Shown: positions 20,454 to 34,947, counted from the first letter of the stretch. The stretch: DNA of 64,000 nt from an uncultured Planctomycetales bacterium (GCA_964542785.1 CAZIUK010000001.1:570862-634861), one strand, 5' to 3'. The notes: generated by a model not told the origin, from the letters alone. A program made the numbers and translations.

Positions 20454-21659
20454 TTAAGCAATAATCTCAGTAACTACACCTGCACCAACCGTACGCCCAC
20501 CTTCGCGTATGGCAAAACGCGATTCCTTCTCCATAGCTATAGGAATAATCAATTCTACCTCTAAATTAACATTATCTCCGGGCATAACCATTTCAATCCC
20601 TTCGGGTAAAGTAACATTCCCGGTAACATCTGTTGTACGAAAGTAGAATTGCGGCCTATACCCTTTAAAAAATGGTGTATGCCTTCCGCCTTCTTCTTTG
20701 TTTAAGATATATACCTGCGCCTTAAACTTTGTGTGCGGAGTAATTGACTTTGGCGCAGCTATAACCATGCCGCGTTCAATACTCTTTCTATCAACGCCTC
20801 TTAATAAAAGCCCGACATTATCCCCTGCTAAACCTTCTTCTAAGAGCTTACGGAACATCTCTATACCGGTAACTACTGTAGAGGTAACTTCAGGCCTTAA
20901 GCCTATCAGCTCTACTGTATCATTAAGCTTTACCTTACCACGCTCTATTCTTCCCGTAGCTACAGTACCCCTTCCTTCAATACTAAAAACATCCTCTACT
21001 GCCATAAGTAAAGGCTTATCCAAATCTCTAGCCGGCAAAGGAATAAACTCATCGCAGGCTTTTATTAAATCATGTATCGGCTTGCAATCCGGGCTATTAG
21101 GGTCATTAGCAGCAGCTAAGGCCTTTGAAGAACTCCCGCGGATAATCGGAGTCTTATCTCCCGGATAACCATACTTAGTAAGCAGTTCCCTAATCTCCAT
21201 CTCAACTAAATCCAAAAGTTCATTATCCGTAACTAAATCAACCTTATTCAAAAATACAACCATAGAAGGAACATTAACCTGCCGAGCCAAAAGAATATGC
21301 TCTCTTGTCTGAGGCATAGGTCCATCTGCCGCAGAAACAACAAGTATCGCTCCATCCATCTGCGCTGCTCCAGTAATCATATTTTTAATATAATCAGCGT
21401 GCCCAGGGCAATCTATATGCGCGTAATGGCGTGAATCAGATTCATACTCCACATGAGCAACAGAGATAGTAACAACTTTTGTTTCATCTCTAACTGTTCC
21501 GCCTTTAGCTATATCCGCATACTCTCTTGCAGTAGCCATGCCCATCTTTGCTAAAACATTTGTGATTGCGGCAGTTAAGGTAGTCTTACCATGATCAATA
21601 TGTCCTATAGTCCCGATGTTTACGTGCGGCTTACTTCTTACAAACTTTTCTTTAGCCAT
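20454..21659 (-). CDS. tuf: Elongation factor Tu.
   Basis: The product has [23 protein letters not shown] and NKVD motifs, and is 401 aa. Confidence 0.97.
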   Translation of the reverse strand: MAKEKFVRSKPHVNIGTIGHIDHGKTTLTAAITNVLAKMGMATAREYADIAKGGTVRDETKVVTISVAHVEYESDSRHYAHIDCPGHADYIKNMITGAAQMDGAILVVSAADGPMPQTREHILLARQVNVPSMVVFLNKVDLVTDNELLDLVEMEIRELLTKYGYPGDKTPIIRGSSSKALAAANDPNSPDCKPIHDLIKACDEFIPLPARDLDKPLLMAVEDVFSIEGRGTVATGRIERGKVKLNDTVELIGLRPEVTSTVVTGIEMFRKLLEEGLAGDNVGLLLRGVDRKSIERGMVIAAPKSITPHTKFKAQVYILNKEEGGRHTPFFKGYRPQFYFRTTDVTGNVTLPEGIEMVMPGDNVNLEVELIIPIAMEKESRFAIREGGRTVGAGVVTEIIA

Positions 21660-21677
21660 ATTTTTTCCTCCTTATTT

Positions 21678-23777
21678 TTAAAAACTCTTTCTAGCAGAAC
21701 CAGAAGATGTAAACCCTGCAATAATCTTTTCTGATATATGTGAAGGCACTTCCATGTAAAAAGAAGGCTCCATTGTATATGAAGCGCGCCCCTGTGTCAA
21801 GGATCTTAATATTGTAGCATAATTAAAGACTTCGGCCAACGGAATATTCGCACGCACAGTCCTTAAATTAAGCCGCTGTGAAAGAGAAACGATTTTCGCC
21901 CGTCGGGAACTTAGGTCTCCAATCACCTGGCCCATAAACTCTTCAGGGACAACAACCTCTATATCCATAATCGGCTCTAACAGTATCGCCCCTGCTTTTT
22001 TTAACCCGTCACTAAAAGCAAGAGAACCTGCCATCTTAAAAGCTAATTCAGAAGAATCAACCTCATGGAAAGAACCATCCACTAAAATACACTTTACGTC
22101 TGTAACTGGATACCCGGCTAAAACGCCGTTCTTCGCCGAACTTAAAATACCCTGTTTTACCGCAGGGATATATTCCCGAGGGATAGCCCCGCTTTTTATC
22201 TTATCTTCAAAAGTAATACCCGTCCCCGGGGTCTCTTGCGGCTCCATCTCTAACACACAATGCCCATATTGTCCCCGGCCTCCGCTCTGAGATATAAATT
22301 TACCTACTGAACGGACCTTCTTAGTCAAAGTCTCTCTATAAGCAACCTGCGGCTGCCCTACAGAAGCCTCTACATTAAACTCACGTAAAATCCTGTCAAT
22401 AATAACCTCAAGATGTAATTGCCCCATACCGGCGATAAGGGTCTGCCCCGTTTCTTGATTATAGCTTACTCTAAAAGAAGGATCCTCTTCTTCTAATTTA
22501 TGCATAGCCAAACCTAATTTCTCTTGCGCATCTTTAGATTTTGGCTCAATCGCCTGTTGAAGGACCGGCTCAGGAAAGCGTATCGCCTCAATAAGTATGA
22601 GGCTTTTTTCGGTGCATAATGTCTCCCCGGTCTTAGTCTCTTTTAAACCTACTAACGCGGCAATCTCCCCGCAGGTTATAGTATTTACTATCTCCTGATG
22701 ATTAGCGTGCATCTTAACTATTTTAGTCACCCTCTCCCTACATCTTTTAGAAGCATTATATATATATGTCCCTGAATCTAACTTCCCCGAATAAACGCGC
22801 ACATAATTAATCTTCCCTACATAAGGGTCAGTCGCCACCTTAAAAGAAAGAGCACAAAAAGGAGCCTTCTCTGAGGCCTCAATCTCCTCAAAATCTCCCG
22901 TATCAGGATTAGTCCCTTTTATAGGGGGAATATCTAACGGAGAAGGAAGGTAATCCTTAACCGCATCCAAAACAAGCTGGACCCCCTTATTTCTAAAAGA
23001 AGAACCACAAAGAACAGGTACAAACTTATTGGTGATAACGCTCTTTCTGATAGCCGCTTTTATATCAGCTACACTTATCTCCTTTCCTTGAAGATAGTCC
23101 TCCATAATCTTATCATCGACCTCAGCTATCTTCTCAAGCATTAACGTCCGATATTTTAATACTTCAGAGTCTAACTCAGAGGGGATCTCCTTAATCTCAA
23201 TTTGCTTACCTAAATCATCCTTATAATGGATGAGCTTCTTTTCTATTAAATCAATAATCCCATTAAAACCAGCTTCCTTACCAAAGGGAATCTGTATGGC
23301 AGCGGCATTAGCCCCAAGCCTCTTATGTATTTGCTCAACAACTTCATGGAAATTAGCGCCTGTCCTATCCATCTTATTTACAAAAGCTATCCTAGGGACC
23401 TGATAACGGTCAGCCTGCCTCCAAACCGTCTCAGACTGAGGTTCAACACCTCCTACTCCGCAGAAAACTACTACAGCCCCATCTAAAACCTTCAATGACC
23501 TTTCAACCTCAATCGTAAAATCTACGTGTCCAGGAGTATCTATAAGGTTAATCTGAACATCTTTCCATTTACAAGTAGTTGCGGCAGAAGTAATAGTTAT
23601 CCCTCTCTCCTGCTCCTGGGCCATCCAATCCATAGTAGCAGTCCCATCTTGAACTTCGCCTAACTTATAGTTCTTCCCCGTATAAAACAATATACGCTCG
23701 CTGGTTGTAGTCTTTCCAGCATCAATGTGCGCTATTATCCCTATATTCCTTAATTTATCTAAAGTTATCTTTTCCAT
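21678..23777 (-). CDS. fusA: Elongation factor G.
   Basis: The product has [15 protein letters not shown] and DTPGHVDF motifs, and is 699 aa. Confidence 0.97.
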   Translation of the reverse strand: MEKITLDKLRNIGIIAHIDAGKTTTSERILFYTGKNYKLGEVQDGTATMDWMAQEQERGITITSAATTCKWKDVQINLIDTPGHVDFTIEVERSLKVLDGAVVVFCGVGGVEPQSETVWRQADRYQVPRIAFVNKMDRTGANFHEVVEQIHKRLGANAAAIQIPFGKEAGFNGIIDLIEKKLIHYKDDLGKQIEIKEIPSELDSEVLKYRTLMLEKIAEVDDKIMEDYLQGKEISVADIKAAIRKSVITNKFVPVLCGSSFRNKGVQLVLDAVKDYLPSPLDIPPIKGTNPDTGDFEEIEASEKAPFCALSFKVATDPYVGKINYVRVYSGKLDSGTYIYNASKRCRERVTKIVKMHANHQEIVNTITCGEIAALVGLKETKTGETLCTEKSLILIEAIRFPEPVLQQAIEPKSKDAQEKLGLAMHKLEEEDPSFRVSYNQETGQTLIAGMGQLHLEVIIDRILREFNVEASVGQPQVAYRETLTKKVRSVGKFISQSGGRGQYGHCVLEMEPQETPGTGITFEDKIKSGAIPREYIPAVKQGILSSAKNGVLAGYPVTDVKCILVDGSFHEVDSSELAFKMAGSLAFSDGLKKAGAILLEPIMDIEVVVPEEFMGQVIGDLSSRRAKIVSLSQRLNLRTVRANIPLAEVFNYATILRSLTQGRASYTMEPSFYMEVPSHISEKIIAGFTSSGSARKSF

Positions 23778-23794
23778 TTTTTAATTATACTTAA

Positions 23795-24265
23795 TTACCA
23801 CCTAAAGTGAGCAAAAGCCTTATTAGATTCAGCCATCTTATGAGTATCATCCCTCTTCTTTATCACTGAACCCTCTCCCTTATAAGCTAAGATAATCTCT
23901 TCCGCTAACCTTTGCTCCATTGACTTACCCTTTTTATTTTGGGCAAAATCTCTCATCCAACGTAATGCTATAGAAGTCCCTCTTTCTTGACGTACTTCTA
24001 CTGGAACCTGATAAGTCGCTCCTCCTACACGGCGAGGCTTTACTTCTAACCTTGGTCTTGCATTATCTAATGCCTTGTAAAAAACCTTCAATATATCCTG
24101 CTCATTAAGATTCTTTTTTACAATTTCAAAGGCGCCATAAACAATCCTCTCGGCTATAGACTTTTTACCTTTAAGCATTACCATATTAATAAACTTAGCT
24201 ACAACCTTACTATTTAATTTAGGATCAGCTAATATTGCTTTTTCTTGCGCTCTTCTTCTTCTCAT
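23795..24265 (-). CDS. rpsG: Ribosomal protein S7.
   Basis: The 156-aa product sits in the str-operon position. Confidence 0.95.
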   Translation of the reverse strand: MRRRRAQEKAILADPKLNSKVVAKFINMVMLKGKKSIAERIVYGAFEIVKKNLNEQDILKVFYKALDNARPRLEVKPRRVGGATYQVPVEVRQERGTSIALRWMRDFAQNKKGKSMEQRLAEEIILAYKGEGSVIKKRDDTHKMAESNKAFAHFRW

Positions 24266-24295
24266 TATTTATAACTCCTATTTTCCCCCTAACTA

Positions 24296-24667
24296 CTACT
24301 TTGGCTTCTTTGCCCCATATTTAGAACGCCCTCTTCTTCTAGCACTTACTCCAGCTGTGTCTAAAGTACCCCTTACTATATGATACCTTACACCCGGCAA
24401 ATCCTTAACCCTTCCGCCTCTTACCAAAACTATTGAATGCTCCTGTAAATTATGCCCTTCTCCAGGAATATAAGCACTGACTTCTATACCGGTAGTAAGC
24501 CTCACCCTGGCGATTTTACGCAAAGCTGAATTAGGCTTTTTAGGGGTCATAGTACGTACCTGTAGGCAAACTCCTCTTCTTTGAGGACAAGCCTTCAGTG
24601 CTGGAGACTTAGTCTTTTTATGTTTTGATCTTCTTCCGGCTCTAATTAACTGTGAAATTGTAGGCAT
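24296..24667 (-). CDS. rpsL: Ribosomal protein S12. The start is set at MPTISQLIR; the ORF-track start at 24697 overlaps the rpoC 3' end.
   Basis: The product begins [12 protein letters not shown], ends KYGAKKPK, and has the [10 protein letters not shown] motif. Confidence 0.93.
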   Translation of the reverse strand: MPTISQLIRAGRRSKHKKTKSPALKACPQRRGVCLQVRTMTPKKPNSALRKIARVRLTTGIEVSAYIPGEGHNLQEHSIVLVRGGRVKDLPGVRYHIVRGTLDTAGVSARRRGRSKYGAKKPK

Positions 24668-24677
24668 ATTATATTCC

Positions 24678-27600
24678 CTATCCTTCTTCTGCCGCAATTA
24701 CGGCTTCTTTGATTACCTCTATATTACGATGAGAAGGAAAACCGGTTCCCGCAGGTATTAAATGTCCTACGATAACATTCTCCTTCAAGCCAAAGAGTTC
24801 ATCGCGCTTACCAGATGTAGCTGCTTCAGTTAATACCCTAGTAGTCTCCTGAAAACTCGCCGCAGAGATAAAGCTTTCGGTTGTTAAGGAGGCTTTAGTT
24901 ATACCTAGTAATAAAGGAGTGGCGACTGCTGGTTTTCCCCCTTTTTTAATTACGCGTGAATTCTCTTTTTGGAATACCCATTTATCAACCTGTTGCGTCG
25001 CTAAAAACTCGGTATCTCCGGGGTCTTCAACCCTTACCTTTTTTAACATCTGCCTGATAATAACTTCTATATGTTTATCATTTATACTCACACCCTGCAA
25101 ACGATAAACCTCTTGGACTTCATTAACAAGATACTCCTGCAAAACCTTATCACCACATACTCTTAAAATATCCTGCAAAACCACAGGGCCTTCAGTTAAC
25201 TGCTGTCCAGCAACTACCTTATCTCCCTTATAGATGTTAGGATGTTTGCCATGGGGTATAACATACTCCCTTTGCATACCAGTGGTAGATTTTACTATAA
25301 TAACCCTCTGCCCTTTTTTAGTCTCTCCGAACTCCACAAACCCATCTATCTCGCTTACAACCGCAGGGTCCTTAGGTCTACGAGCCTCAAATAATTCCGC
25401 TACTCTAGGAAGTCCTCCGGTAATATCCCTAGTCTTAACAACCATTCTCGGTATTTTAGCCAAAAGCTCTCCGCCATTTATCTGCTCGCCGTCCTTTACC
25501 AAAATATGCGCTCCTATAGGAATGGGATATATGCCTGCTACCTGATTAGAGTTGTCAAAGATAACTATCTGAGGATGATATTCCTGCTTATGCTCAACAA
25601 CAATCCTTTCAACAAGCTTAGTTACCGGATTCAGCTCTTCCTTAATAGTAACATCGTCTTTTAAATCTTCGTATTTTACTGTACCTGCAACCTCGGTAAG
25701 AATAGGGATAGTGTATGGATCCCAATGAATAAAGATGGCGTCCTTGTTAACCTCTCCACCGTTAGCTACGCCAATATAAGCACCTTGAGGAACCGCAAAA
25801 CGCTCCAACTCCCTTCCTTGAGGATCATTAATACTGATAGCGCCGTTTCGGTTTAAAACTACAAATTCTTTATTCTTTGGAGTAACCCTTAAATTATGAT
25901 ACTTAACTATACCTTTATTCTTAGACTTAATAAAAGATTGCTCGACTTTTCTAGAAGCAGTCCCGCCTATGTGAAAGGTCCTCATGGTCAGCTGTGTGCC
26001 AGGTTCGCCTATACTTTGAGCCGCGATAACCCCTACTGCCTCGCCTAACTCAACCATCCTGCCGGTAGCTAAGTTTCTTCCATAACATTTAGTGCAAACC
26101 CCCCTGCCATTTTCACAAGTTAAAACGCTACGGATACGGATCTTCTCTATCCCTAAACTCTCTATCATATCCGCCCGCTCTTCAGTTATCTCTTCCCCAG
26201 CAGTAACTATTACTTCATCCGTTATAATATCTACTATATTATCTAAAGCCACCCTGCCTATTATGCGATCCTTAAGGGAAACCACCTCTTCATCCCCCTG
26301 TATAATTGCTGAAACGGTAATACCATTTAAGGTTCCGCAATCTTCCTCGGCCACAATAATCTCTTGAGCTACATCAACTAGCCTACGGGTAAGATATCCT
26401 GCATCTGCAGTCTTTAAGGCAGTATCGGCTAACCCTTTACGTGCTCCATGGGTAGAGATAAAATACTCTAAAACATTCAACCCTTCCCTAAAATTAGCGG
26501 TTATAGGACTTTCTATAATTTCGCCTGAAGGCTTAGCCATAAGCCCTCGCATGCCGGCTAACTGTCTTACCTGAAGCCTTGAACCTCGCGCGCCTGAATC
26601 AGCCATCATAAAAATAGGATTAAACCTATCCATCCCTTTAAAAAGAAGATCGGAGATCTCATCGGTAGCATAAGTCCAAATATCTATTATCTTTGCCTTT
26701 CTTTCGCTATCTGTAATCACACCCTTACGATACTGCTCTTCAACTTTTAAGACTCTCGACTTAGCCTCAATTAAAACATTCTCCTTTTCCACAGGGATGC
26801 AAAAATCATCAATACCTATAGATATACCTCCTAATGTCCCCATTTCAAAACCAAGCTTCTTTATATTATCTAAAAGGTTTATAGTAGCTCCATGCCCAAA
26901 CCTCTTGTAACACTCTAAAACAATATCAGATACCCTGGATTTATTTAACTCTTTATTAACAAATCCGAATTCAGGAGGAAGTACCTGATTAAAAATAACC
27001 CTTCCAACAGTAGTAGTTATTCTCTGTTTTAAAACTATCAATTTCTTATCATCAAGATCAAATAAACTTGCAACCCTTAGCGATATCCCTGTATTAAGCT
27101 CAACTGCCCCGTCGCTATAAGCTATTAAAACTTCATCGCTATTTGAAAATACCATTCCTTCTCCTTTTGCCCCGAGTCTCTCTTTTGTTAAATAAGAGAT
27201 CCCAAGAATAATATCTTGAGTAGGCGCGACTACAGGCCTTCCATCAGCCGGAGAAAAAACATTATTAGCCGAAAGCATAAGAATCTTTGCTTCAATTTGT
27301 GACTCTAAAGATAAGGGGACATGAACAGCCATTTGATCACCGTCAAAATCAGCATTAAAAGCAGTACAAACTAAAGGGTGAATCTTAATAGATTTACCTT
27401 CTATCAAAAGGGGTTGAAATGCCTGTATTCCTAAGCGGTGCAAAGTCGGGGCACGGTTTAAGAGGACTGGATGATCTCTAATAACCTCATCAAGTATATC
27501 CCAAACCTCAATCTTACCTCTCTCTACCATCCTTCGCGCGCCTTTAATTGTATGCACAAACCCTTTTTCTCTTAGTTTCTTTATTATAAAAGGCTCAAAT

Positions 27601-28697
27601 AATTCCAAAGCCATTTGCTTTGGCAAACCACATTCATGCAATTTTAATTCAGGCCCAACAACAATAACCGAACGCCCAGAATAATCAACGCGTTTTCCTA
27701 AAAGATTCTGCCTAAACCTACCCTGCTTACCTTTAAGCATATCAGAAAGGGATTTTAACGGCCTATTATTAGCCCCCATAACCGCTTTTCCATGACGGCC
27801 ATTATCTAAAAGCGCATCAACTGCCTCTTGAAGCATACGTTTTTCGTTACGAATGATTATCTCAGGAGCACTTAAATCTATGAGCTTTCTTAAGCGGTTA
27901 TTCCGGTTAATCACCCTGCGATATAAATCATTAAGGTCTGAAGTAGCAAAACGACCTCCATCAAGCGGGACTAGAGGCCTTAGGTCCGGAGGTATAACCG
28001 GTAGAATATCCATAACCATCCATTCGGCCTGATTACCTGATTTTTTAAAATCCTCTATTACTTTAAGATTTTTTAATACCTTACGATTGCTCAATGCATC
28101 TTTAGATTTTTCTAAACTCTTTCTAAGCTTCCTGCACTGAGCATCCATATCCATTTCTTTTAATAGATCCCTTATTGCCTCTGCGCCTATCTTCGCCTTA
28201 AAATTAGACCCATATTTTTCTAAAGCCTCTTGAAATTTCTCTTCAGAGAGAAGCTCTTTCTTTTTTAAGGGAGTAGTCCCTGGGTCAACAACAACATACT
28301 CCTCATAATAAATAATCTTCTCTAAGTCGCGTAAACCTATATCCAACAACGCAGCCATGCGCGAAGGGACAGCCTTAAAAAACCAAATGTGTGTTACCGG
28401 AGCAGTTAATTCAATATGCCCCATACGTTCCCTGCGGACACTTGAACGATCCACAGTTACTTGGCAACGGTCACAGGTAATACCCTTAAACTTAATTCCC
28501 TTATATTTACCACAGTTACACTCCCAATCCCTAACCGGACCAAATATCCTTTCACAAAAAAGCCCATCCTTTTCAGGCTTTAATGTCCTATAATTAATAG
28601 TCTCTGCTTTCTTGACCTCCCCCTTAGACCAAGATTTTATAACCTGGCCAGAGGCAATTTTTATAGATATACTATCAAAAGATACTATCTCATCCAT
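24678..28697 (-). CDS. rpoC: DNA-directed RNA polymerase beta' subunit.
   Basis: The 1339-aa product has the [12 protein letters not shown] catalytic motif and a zinc finger CNCGKYKG...C. Confidence 0.97.
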   Translation of the reverse strand: MDEIVSFDSISIKIASGQVIKSWSKGEVKKAETINYRTLKPEKDGLFCERIFGPVRDWECNCGKYKGIKFKGITCDRCQVTVDRSSVRRERMGHIELTAPVTHIWFFKAVPSRMAALLDIGLRDLEKIIYYEEYVVVDPGTTPLKKKELLSEEKFQEALEKYGSNFKAKIGAEAIRDLLKEMDMDAQCRKLRKSLEKSKDALSNRKVLKNLKVIEDFKKSGNQAEWMVMDILPVIPPDLRPLVPLDGGRFATSDLNDLYRRVINRNNRLRKLIDLSAPEIIIRNEKRMLQEAVDALLDNGRHGKAVMGANNRPLKSLSDMLKGKQGRFRQNLLGKRVDYSGRSVIVVGPELKLHECGLPKQMALELFEPFIIKKLREKGFVHTIKGARRMVERGKIEVWDILDEVIRDHPVLLNRAPTLHRLGIQAFQPLLIEGKSIKIHPLVCTAFNADFDGDQMAVHVPLSLESQIEAKILMLSANNVFSPADGRPVVAPTQDIILGISYLTKERLGAKGEGMVFSNSDEVLIAYSDGAVELNTGISLRVASLFDLDDKKLIVLKQRITTTVGRVIFNQVLPPEFGFVNKELNKSRVSDIVLECYKRFGHGATINLLDNIKKLGFEMGTLGGISIGIDDFCIPVEKENVLIEAKSRVLKVEEQYRKGVITDSERKAKIIDIWTYATDEISDLLFKGMDRFNPIFMMADSGARGSRLQVRQLAGMRGLMAKPSGEIIESPITANFREGLNVLEYFISTHGARKGLADTALKTADAGYLTRRLVDVAQEIIVAEEDCGTLNGITVSAIIQGDEEVVSLKDRIIGRVALDNIVDIITDEVIVTAGEEITEERADMIESLGIEKIRIRSVLTCENGRGVCTKCYGRNLATGRMVELGEAVGVIAAQSIGEPGTQLTMRTFHIGGTASRKVEQSFIKSKNKGIVKYHNLRVTPKNKEFVVLNRNGAISINDPQGRELERFAVPQGAYIGVANGGEVNKDAIFIHWDPYTIPILTEVAGTVKYEDLKDDVTIKEELNPVTKLVERIVVEHKQEYHPQIVIFDNSNQVAGIYPIPIGAHILVKDGEQINGGELLAKIPRMVVKTRDITGGLPRVAELFEARRPKDPAVVSEIDGFVEFGETKKGQRVIIVKSTTGMQREYVIPHGKHPNIYKGDKVVAGQQLTEGPVVLQDILRVCGDKVLQEYLVNEVQEVYRLQGVSINDKHIEVIIRQMLKKVRVEDPGDTEFLATQQVDKWVFQKENSRVIKKGGKPAVATPLLLGITKASLTTESFISAASFQETTRVLTEAATSGKRDELFGLKENVIVGHLIPAGTGFPSHRNIEVIKEAVIAAEEG

Positions 28698-31600
28698 TTA
28701 TTTAGCCTTTTCTGTCCGGATATCTAAACCCAGACCCTGTAATTCTTTAATTAATACATTGAAAGACTCCGGCGTACCATGAGTAAGCCTCTGTTCTCCC
28801 TTTACAATCGCCTCATAAATACGCGTTCTACCTGAGACATCATCGCTCTTTACCGTTAGCATTTCTTGAAGGCTGAATGCTGCCCCATACGCCTCTAATG
28901 CCCAAACCTCCATCTCCCCTAACCTCTGCCCTCCAAATTGCGCCTTCCCTCCTAAAGGTTGTTGCGTAACTAATGAATACGGGCCTATGGAACGAGCATG
29001 TATCTTCTCGTCAACTAAATGAATAAGTTTCATAATATATAAGTACCCTACTGTTACCTTATTATGAAACGGCTCCCCTGAATAACCGTCATAGAGGATG
29101 CTCTTACCATCTTCAGGTAACCCTGCTTTCTTTAACATCTCCTTTATCTCGCTTTCTTCTGCGCCGTCAAAAACAGGAGTACCTACATAAAACCCTAACA
29201 TTTTAGCTGCCCAACCTAAATGACACTCTAAAATTTGCCCAACATTCATACGCGAAGGAACCCCTAAAGGATTAAGGACGACTTCTACCGGAGTGCCATC
29301 AGGAAGATAAGGCATATCTTCCTCAGGAACAATCCTTGCTACTACGCCCTTATTGCCATGCCTACCTGCCAATTTATCCCCCTCAGCAACTCTACGCTTA
29401 GTAGCAACATAGACTACTACTCTTTTTAAAACTCCTGCCGGTAGTTCATCTCCCCTGCGTACATTCTCTATCTCCTGAGCCTCTTCAGAGATTAACTCCT
29501 GAACCTGCTCGTCAAAAGAAGCAGCTAAAATTTTAGCTTCTTCATGGTCTGAAAAATCATATCCCCCTATCTTCTTTTTATCTATCCCTAAAAGTTGAGC
29601 TAATCTTGCCGTCTTTTCCGCCTGTACAAACTCAATCTCCTGCTTATAATAAGCCTTAAGTTCACGAATCTTAGCGGATTCTTTGGCCTTCTCTTCTTTT
29701 GTCTTCCTGCCGCGGGCCTTACGCGCAAAGACATTTACGCCAATAACAACACCCTCGACTCCCGGAGGAGCAATCAAGGATGTATCGCGCACATCTCCTG
29801 CTTTTTCTCCGAAAATTGCCCGTAAAAGGCGCTCTTCCGGAGAAGGCTCAGAGTCGGTCTTAGGAGTAATTTTACCTACAAGAATGTCTCCTGGAGAAAC
29901 TTCCGAACCAATACAAATAACCCCACTTTTATCAAGGCTTGCCAATGCTTCTTCGCTCACATTAGGTATATCACGAGTTATCTCTTCATTACCTAGACGC
30001 GTTTCAGTAGCCTCTATTTCAAACTCTTCTATATGTATGGAAGTAAAGGTATCTTCCTTAACTAACTTTTCGCTTATCAAAATAGCATCTTCAAAGTTAT
30101 ATCCTCTCCAAGGCATAAAAGCTACTAAGACATTCTTTCCTAAGGCCAATTCCCCGCCCTTGGTGCTAATTCCATCAGCGATGATATCCCCTTTTTCTAT
30201 TTTATCTCCAAGCTTTACTATCGGCCTTTGATTTAAACAGGTGTCATTGTTAGTACGTAAAAACTTCTTTAAATGGTAGATCCTTTTACCAATTGTAATA
30301 GAAGAAGCATCTACGCTAGTTACTCTTCCACTCTCTTGGGCAACTACAACCGTACCTGAATCGCGCGCAACCTTCTCTTCCATTAGCGTTCCTACAATTG
30401 GCGGCTCAGTGATCATAAGCGGAACACCCTGCCGTTGCATATTAGAACCCATCAAAGCCCTATTAGCATCATCATGCTCTAAAAATGGAATTAAAGCAGC
30501 TGCTACTGAAACAAGTTGCTTAGGAGAAACATCCATATATTGGACTTGCGAAGCAGGGACTTTCGGAAAATCATCCTTGTAGCGGCAGGAGATATCTTTT
30601 TCTATAAAATGCCCATTTTCGTCCAAAGGGACATTAGCCTGTGCTATAATCTTATCTTCTTCTATGTCAGCAGTCAAATATTCTATTTTTTTTGTCACCT
30701 TACCATCTTCAACCTTACGGTAAGGAGTCTCAAGTAACCCTAAAGGATTTACCCTTGCAAAAGTACTAAGAGAAGCTATCAACCCGATATTAGGCCCTTC
30801 CGGAGTCTCTATGGGACAAACTCTGCCATAATGAGAAGAATGGATGTCTCTTACCTCAAACCCTGCTCTCTCACGCGATAACCCTCCCGGGCCTAAAGCA
30901 CTAAGCCTTCTTTTATGCGTCATTTCAGCAAGGGGATTTATTTGGTCCATAAATTGAGAGAGCTGAGAACGGGCAAAAAAATCGCGAATCTGGTTAGATA
31001 AAAGCTTTGAATTGATAAGGTAGTGCACATTCAGACTATCATATTCCCCCAACAAACTAAGCCTCTCTCTGATTGACCTTTCAATCCTACTTAAACCAAT
31101 CCTAACCTGATTCTGCACTAACTCACCAACAGTCTTTATACGCCTATTCCCTAAATGGTCAATATCATCGATCTTTCCTTGATCATCATTTAAATTAATC
31201 AAATATTCAATTACCTTAATTATCGTATCTGAATCAAGTATCCGTTTCTCCAAAGATACGTTCATCCCAAGCTTCCTGTTTAATATAAACCTACCTGCCT
31301 TTTCTAAATCATAGCGCGCAGGGTCAAAAAAGAGCCTGTAAAACAACGCCTCTGCCGCTTCTTTTGTAACCGGCTCAGTAGGCCTCATCTTACGATAAAA
31401 ATCTATAAATGCCTCTTCCTTATTCTTTGTATAATCTTTTTTTAATGTGTTGGTTATTTCAGGATACTCTTTACCAAAAGCAGAGATTATATCTTTATCC
31501 TCAGAAAAACCGAGTATCCTTAATATTTGAGTCGCGGGAAAATTCCTTCTGCGGTCAACATAGGCAAGTATTGTTTCAGTAAGGTCATATTTAAATTCAA

Positions 31601-32102
31601 GCCAAGCCCCGCGATAAGGGATGACTCTACCATAAAATATCTTCTTGCCTGTAGGATGATCTTCTTCTTCAAAAGATACGCCCGGAGATCTCTGTAGCTG
31701 ACTTACTACTACGCGCTCATCTCCATTGATAATAAAAGTCCCCGTATCTGTCATTAGGGGAATCTCACCAAAATAAGCGTCCTGCTCCTTAGTCTCATTA
31801 GGCGTTGAAAGACGGAATTTTACCTTTAAAGGCAGCGCATAGGTAAAACTGCGTATCTTAGACTCAGCAATATTATACTTTGGCTTTCCTAAAGAATAGC
31901 TTATAAACTCTAACTTAACTGCGCGATTTGGGCTCTCTATGGGAAAAGCCTCTAAAAAGACCTCTTGCAACCCCTGATTCTTCCTCTCTGAAACCGGGAC
32001 ATCTAACTGCAAAAACTCATGGAAAGCCTCTAATTGGATATCCAAAAGATTAGGGATATTATAAACCTCTTTGAGCTTTGCGAAACTTTTACGCTTAACC
32101 AT
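28698..32102 (-). CDS. rpoB: DNA-directed RNA polymerase beta subunit.
   Basis: The 1134-aa product carries rif-region and catalytic motifs. Its stop abuts the rpoC start. Confidence 0.97.
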   Translation of the reverse strand: MVKRKSFAKLKEVYNIPNLLDIQLEAFHEFLQLDVPVSERKNQGLQEVFLEAFPIESPNRAVKLEFISYSLGKPKYNIAESKIRSFTYALPLKVKFRLSTPNETKEQDAYFGEIPLMTDTGTFIINGDERVVVSQLQRSPGVSFEEEDHPTGKKIFYGRVIPYRGAWLEFKYDLTETILAYVDRRRNFPATQILRILGFSEDKDIISAFGKEYPEITNTLKKDYTKNKEEAFIDFYRKMRPTEPVTKEAAEALFYRLFFDPARYDLEKAGRFILNRKLGMNVSLEKRILDSDTIIKVIEYLINLNDDQGKIDDIDHLGNRRIKTVGELVQNQVRIGLSRIERSIRERLSLLGEYDSLNVHYLINSKLLSNQIRDFFARSQLSQFMDQINPLAEMTHKRRLSALGPGGLSRERAGFEVRDIHSSHYGRVCPIETPEGPNIGLIASLSTFARVNPLGLLETPYRKVEDGKVTKKIEYLTADIEEDKIIAQANVPLDENGHFIEKDISCRYKDDFPKVPASQVQYMDVSPKQLVSVAAALIPFLEHDDANRALMGSNMQRQGVPLMITEPPIVGTLMEEKVARDSGTVVVAQESGRVTSVDASSITIGKRIYHLKKFLRTNNDTCLNQRPIVKLGDKIEKGDIIADGISTKGGELALGKNVLVAFMPWRGYNFEDAILISEKLVKEDTFTSIHIEEFEIEATETRLGNEEITRDIPNVSEEALASLDKSGVICIGSEVSPGDILVGKITPKTDSEPSPEERLLRAIFGEKAGDVRDTSLIAPPGVEGVVIGVNVFARKARGRKTKEEKAKESAKIRELKAYYKQEIEFVQAEKTARLAQLLGIDKKKIGGYDFSDHEEAKILAASFDEQVQELISEEAQEIENVRRGDELPAGVLKRVVVYVATKRRVAEGDKLAGRHGNKGVVARIVPEEDMPYLPDGTPVEVVLNPLGVPSRMNVGQILECHLGWAAKMLGFYVGTPVFDGAEESEIKEMLKKAGLPEDGKSILYDGYSGEPFHNKVTVGYLYIMKLIHLVDEKIHARSIGPYSLVTQQPLGGKAQFGGQRLGEMEVWALEAYGAAFSLQEMLTVKSDDVSGRTRIYEAIVKGEQRLTHGTPESFNVLIKELQGLGLDIRTEKAK

Positions 32103-32174
32103 TGGTCTCTTTCCTTATCTTAGCTGCCAAAAGCAACTTTTTAAAATTAACCGCACTGATAGGTAAATAGTTTA

Positions 32175-32561
32175 TTATTTTAATTCAACAGTAGCGCCTG
32201 CTGCTTCAAGCTTTTTCTTTATCTCTTCAGCCTCTTCTTTTGTTGCCCCTTCCTTAACCGGCTTAGGAGCGCCATCAACTAAATCTTTAGCTTCTTTTAA
32301 CCCGAGGTTGGTTATGGTGCGAACCTCTTTGATTACGGCAATCTTATTAGCACCGGCAGCAGCCAAGACAACCGTAAAGGTAGATTTTTCTTCAGCTGCA
32401 GCAGAAGCGCCAGAAGCAGCACCGGCAACCGGAGCAGCCATCATCGGCATATTTGCCTTAACTCCGAATTTTTCCTCCAAGGCCTTAACTAAATCCGCCA
32501 ACTCTAAAACCGTCATCTCCTCTATGGATTTAATCATATCATCCAATTTTGCACTCGCCAT
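32175..32561 (-). CDS. rplL: Ribosomal protein L7/L12.
   Basis: The 128-aa product has an Ala-rich hinge and the [13 protein letters not shown]-terminus. Confidence 0.95.
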   Translation of the reverse strand: MASAKLDDMIKSIEEMTVLELADLVKALEEKFGVKANMPMMAAPVAGAASGASAAAEEKSTFTVVLAAAGANKIAVIKEVRTITNLGLKEAKDLVDGAPKPVKEGATKEEAEEIKKKLEAAGATVELK

Positions 32562-32574
32562 CTGATTCCTCCTT

Positions 32575-33102
32575 TTAACTTGATTTCTTTTGCTTTATCT
32601 GATCTATACAATAAACAAATTTCGTCAATATCTGATTTAAGGTAATTACTAATCCGGATATCGGCGAATTTAATGCCATCACCACTTGAGCCCTTAAGAC
32701 TTCTCTCGAAGGCAACTTAGACATAGCCTCTATCTCTGCACTTTCTAATAACTTATCTCCTAATGCGCCTCCTTCTATCTTTAGTTGCCCATACTCTTTT
32801 ACAAAATCAAATAGCGACTTAGAGATTGATACCGGTTCATCTTTTATAAATACCATACCACACGGGCCGTCTATATTAATAACCAAATCTTCCAATCCAG
32901 CCTCTTTTAATGCCCTACGAGCAATACTATTTTTAACTACAAATAAAGAGGCGTTGGTTTTTTTCAAATCCTGCCTTAAGGAAGACAACCCCGCACTAGC
33001 GACCCCGGAATACTTAATTATAAAAACTCCCTCAGACTCTTTAAGAAAACTTTTAATCTTATTTCCTGATGCTTCTTTAAATATCAATCCTATCTTTTTC
33101 AT
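32575..33102 (-). CDS. rplJ: Ribosomal protein L10.
   Basis: The 175-aa product lies between rplA and rplL. Confidence 0.9.
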   Translation of the reverse strand: MKKIGLIFKEASGNKIKSFLKESEGVFIIKYSGVASAGLSSLRQDLKKTNASLFVVKNSIARRALKEAGLEDLVINIDGPCGMVFIKDEPVSISKSLFDFVKEYGQLKIEGGALGDKLLESAEIEAMSKLPSREVLRAQVVMALNSPISGLVITLNQILTKFVYCIDQIKQKKSS

Positions 33103-33105
33103 ATC

Positions 33106-33786
33106 CTATACCGCCAAAGCTAAGCCGGGATTCATAGTAGTAACTATTGAAAGACTACGTATAAATTTACCTTTTACAGATGCCGGCTTAGATTCATTAA
33201 GCGCCTCAATAACCTTTAAGGCATTATCATAGAGTTTGTCTTCGCTAAAAGAGAGCTTACCTACTGTTAAATGCACCCCACCCTGCTTATCAACTCTAAA
33301 TTCAACCTTACCCCTTTTAACATCCTCTATCGCCTTTAAAATATCATTCGTTACCGTACCTGTCTTAGGACTTGGCATAAGCCCCCTAGGTCCTAGCACT
33401 TTTCCTAATTTACTTAAATCTTTCATCATCTCCGGAGTAGCTATAGCGCAATCAAAATCTAAGAAACCTCCGGCGACCTTATCTATAAGCTCTAAACCTC
33501 CGACAAAATCTGCATTAGCTCCTAAGGCTATTTTTTCATGCTCCCCCTTGCAAAAAACCGCTACCCGTACTTTCTTGCCCGTACCATGAGGTAGTATCAC
33601 TGTCCCACGAACCATCTGGTCGGATTTCTTGGTATCCACCAAAAGGTGAAAATGCAAATCTACAGAGCTATCAAATTTTACGGGAGACATAGCCTTCAAC
33701 AAAGAGATGGCTTCTTTTAACTGGTAGGTTTTAGCCTTATCTAATTTTTTTTCTGATTCCCTATACCTTTTACTTCTTAGCTTCAT
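33106..33786 (-). CDS. rplA: Ribosomal protein L1.
   Basis: The 226-aa product shows L1 family sequence. Confidence 0.93.
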   Translation of the reverse strand: MKLRSKRYRESEKKLDKAKTYQLKEAISLLKAMSPVKFDSSVDLHFHLLVDTKKSDQMVRGTVILPHGTGKKVRVAVFCKGEHEKIALGANADFVGGLELIDKVAGGFLDFDCAIATPEMMKDLSKLGKVLGPRGLMPSPKTGTVTNDILKAIEDVKRGKVEFRVDKQGGVHLTVGKLSFSEDKLYDNALKVIEALNESKPASVKGKFIRSLSIVTTMNPGLALAV

Positions 33787-33797
33787 CTACTATTCCT

Positions 33798-34229
33798 CTA
33801 ATCTTCAACAACAATGCCCATACTCCTAGCCGTTCCGGTTATCGTCTTTATCGCCTGCTCCATATCTAAAGTATTCAAATCCGAAGTTTTCTGTTTGGCT
33901 ATCTCTTCAATTTGTTTTTTAGTAACCTTGCCTATTATCTCTTTTCCGCTAATGCCTGAGGCCTTAGCTAAATTTGCCGCGCGTTTAAGGAGAACTGAAG
34001 AAGGAGGGCTTTTGATAATAAAAGTAAAACTCCTATCTTCATAAACATTTATTACTACCGGGAGTATAAGTCCATCCCTGCCTTTAGTCTGATCATTGAA
34101 TTGCTTGCAAAACTGCATTATATTTACGCCGTGCTGGCCTAAGGCCGGACCAACAGGAGGCGCAGGATTAGCCTGAGCTGCAGGTACATGTAATTTAATC
34201 TGTGCTTTTATTGCTTTCTTTGCTGCCAT
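33798..34229 (-). CDS. rplK: Ribosomal protein L11. The start is set at MAAKK, forming a TAATG overlap with the nusG stop.
   Basis: The product contains [22 protein letters not shown]. The ORF-track start at 34250 would overlap nusG by 22 nt. Confidence 0.92.
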   Translation of the reverse strand: MAAKKAIKAQIKLHVPAAQANPAPPVGPALGQHGVNIMQFCKQFNDQTKGRDGLILPVVINVYEDRSFTFIIKSPPSSVLLKRAANLAKASGISGKEIIGKVTKKQIEEIAKQKTSDLNTLDMEQAIKTITGTARSMGIVVED

Positions 34230-34756
34230 TATACCTTCTCCACTTGCCAATACTCAAGTTCAACGAGCGTAGCCCTTCCAAAGATAGAAACACTTACCTT
34301 AATCTTTCCTTTTTCCGGGTATACTTCTTCAATCGTCCCGTTAAAATTCTGAAACGGCCCATCAGTAACCCTAACCTGCTCTCCTCTTTCAAAAACAACC
34401 TTAGGACTTGGTTTCTCCTGGGTATCTTTTGTTTTTCTTAAAATATTATCCACCTCTGACTGAGGCAAAGGCATAGGCTTTCTGCCTAATCCGATAAAAC
34501 CTGTTACCCCTGGAGCAGTCTTAATAAAAAGATAAGTCTCTTCGTTTAATTCCATCTCCACTAGTATATAACCGGGGAAGAATTTTCTCTGCGAAATTTT
34601 CTTTTTTCCCGAACGTATCTCGGATACCTGCTCAGTGGGGATAACAACATTTGATATTAATTCCTGCAAGCCTAATGCTAAGATTTTATTCTCTAAAGTA
34701 GTTTTTACTTTATCTTCTAAGCCTGTCTGCGTATGGACTACGTACCAATGTTTCAT
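34229..34756 (-). CDS. nusG: Transcription termination/antitermination factor NusG.
   Basis: The product starts [18 protein letters not shown] (NGN domain) and has a C-terminal KOW. The gene starts at the secE stop. Confidence 0.93.
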   Translation of the reverse strand: MKHWYVVHTQTGLEDKVKTTLENKILALGLQELISNVVIPTEQVSEIRSGKKKISQRKFFPGYILVEMELNEETYLFIKTAPGVTGFIGLGRKPMPLPQSEVDNILRKTKDTQEKPSPKVVFERGEQVRVTDGPFQNFNGTIEEVYPEKGKIKVSVSIFGRATLVELEYWQVEKV

Positions 34757-34947
34757 TATTTAAAAAGCAAGGTTAATAATTTAGAGAGCCCTGCGTCAAT
34801 TAAGCCGACAAAGATAGCAAGTATAATAGTTACAATAATCACAATAATCGTAGATGCTAAAAGCTCCCTACGAGTACTCCAAGCTACCTTGCTTAATTCT
34901 GCCTTTACTTCTTTTATAAAATTTACCGGTTTAGCAATAATATTCAT
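34756..34947 (-). CDS. secE: Preprotein translocase SecE.
   Basis: The 63-aa product has a single TM helix and sits between tRNA-Trp and nusG. Confidence 0.85.
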   Translation of the reverse strand: MNIIAKPVNFIKEVKAELSKVAWSTRRELLASTIIVIIVTIILAIFVGLIDAGLSKLLTLLFK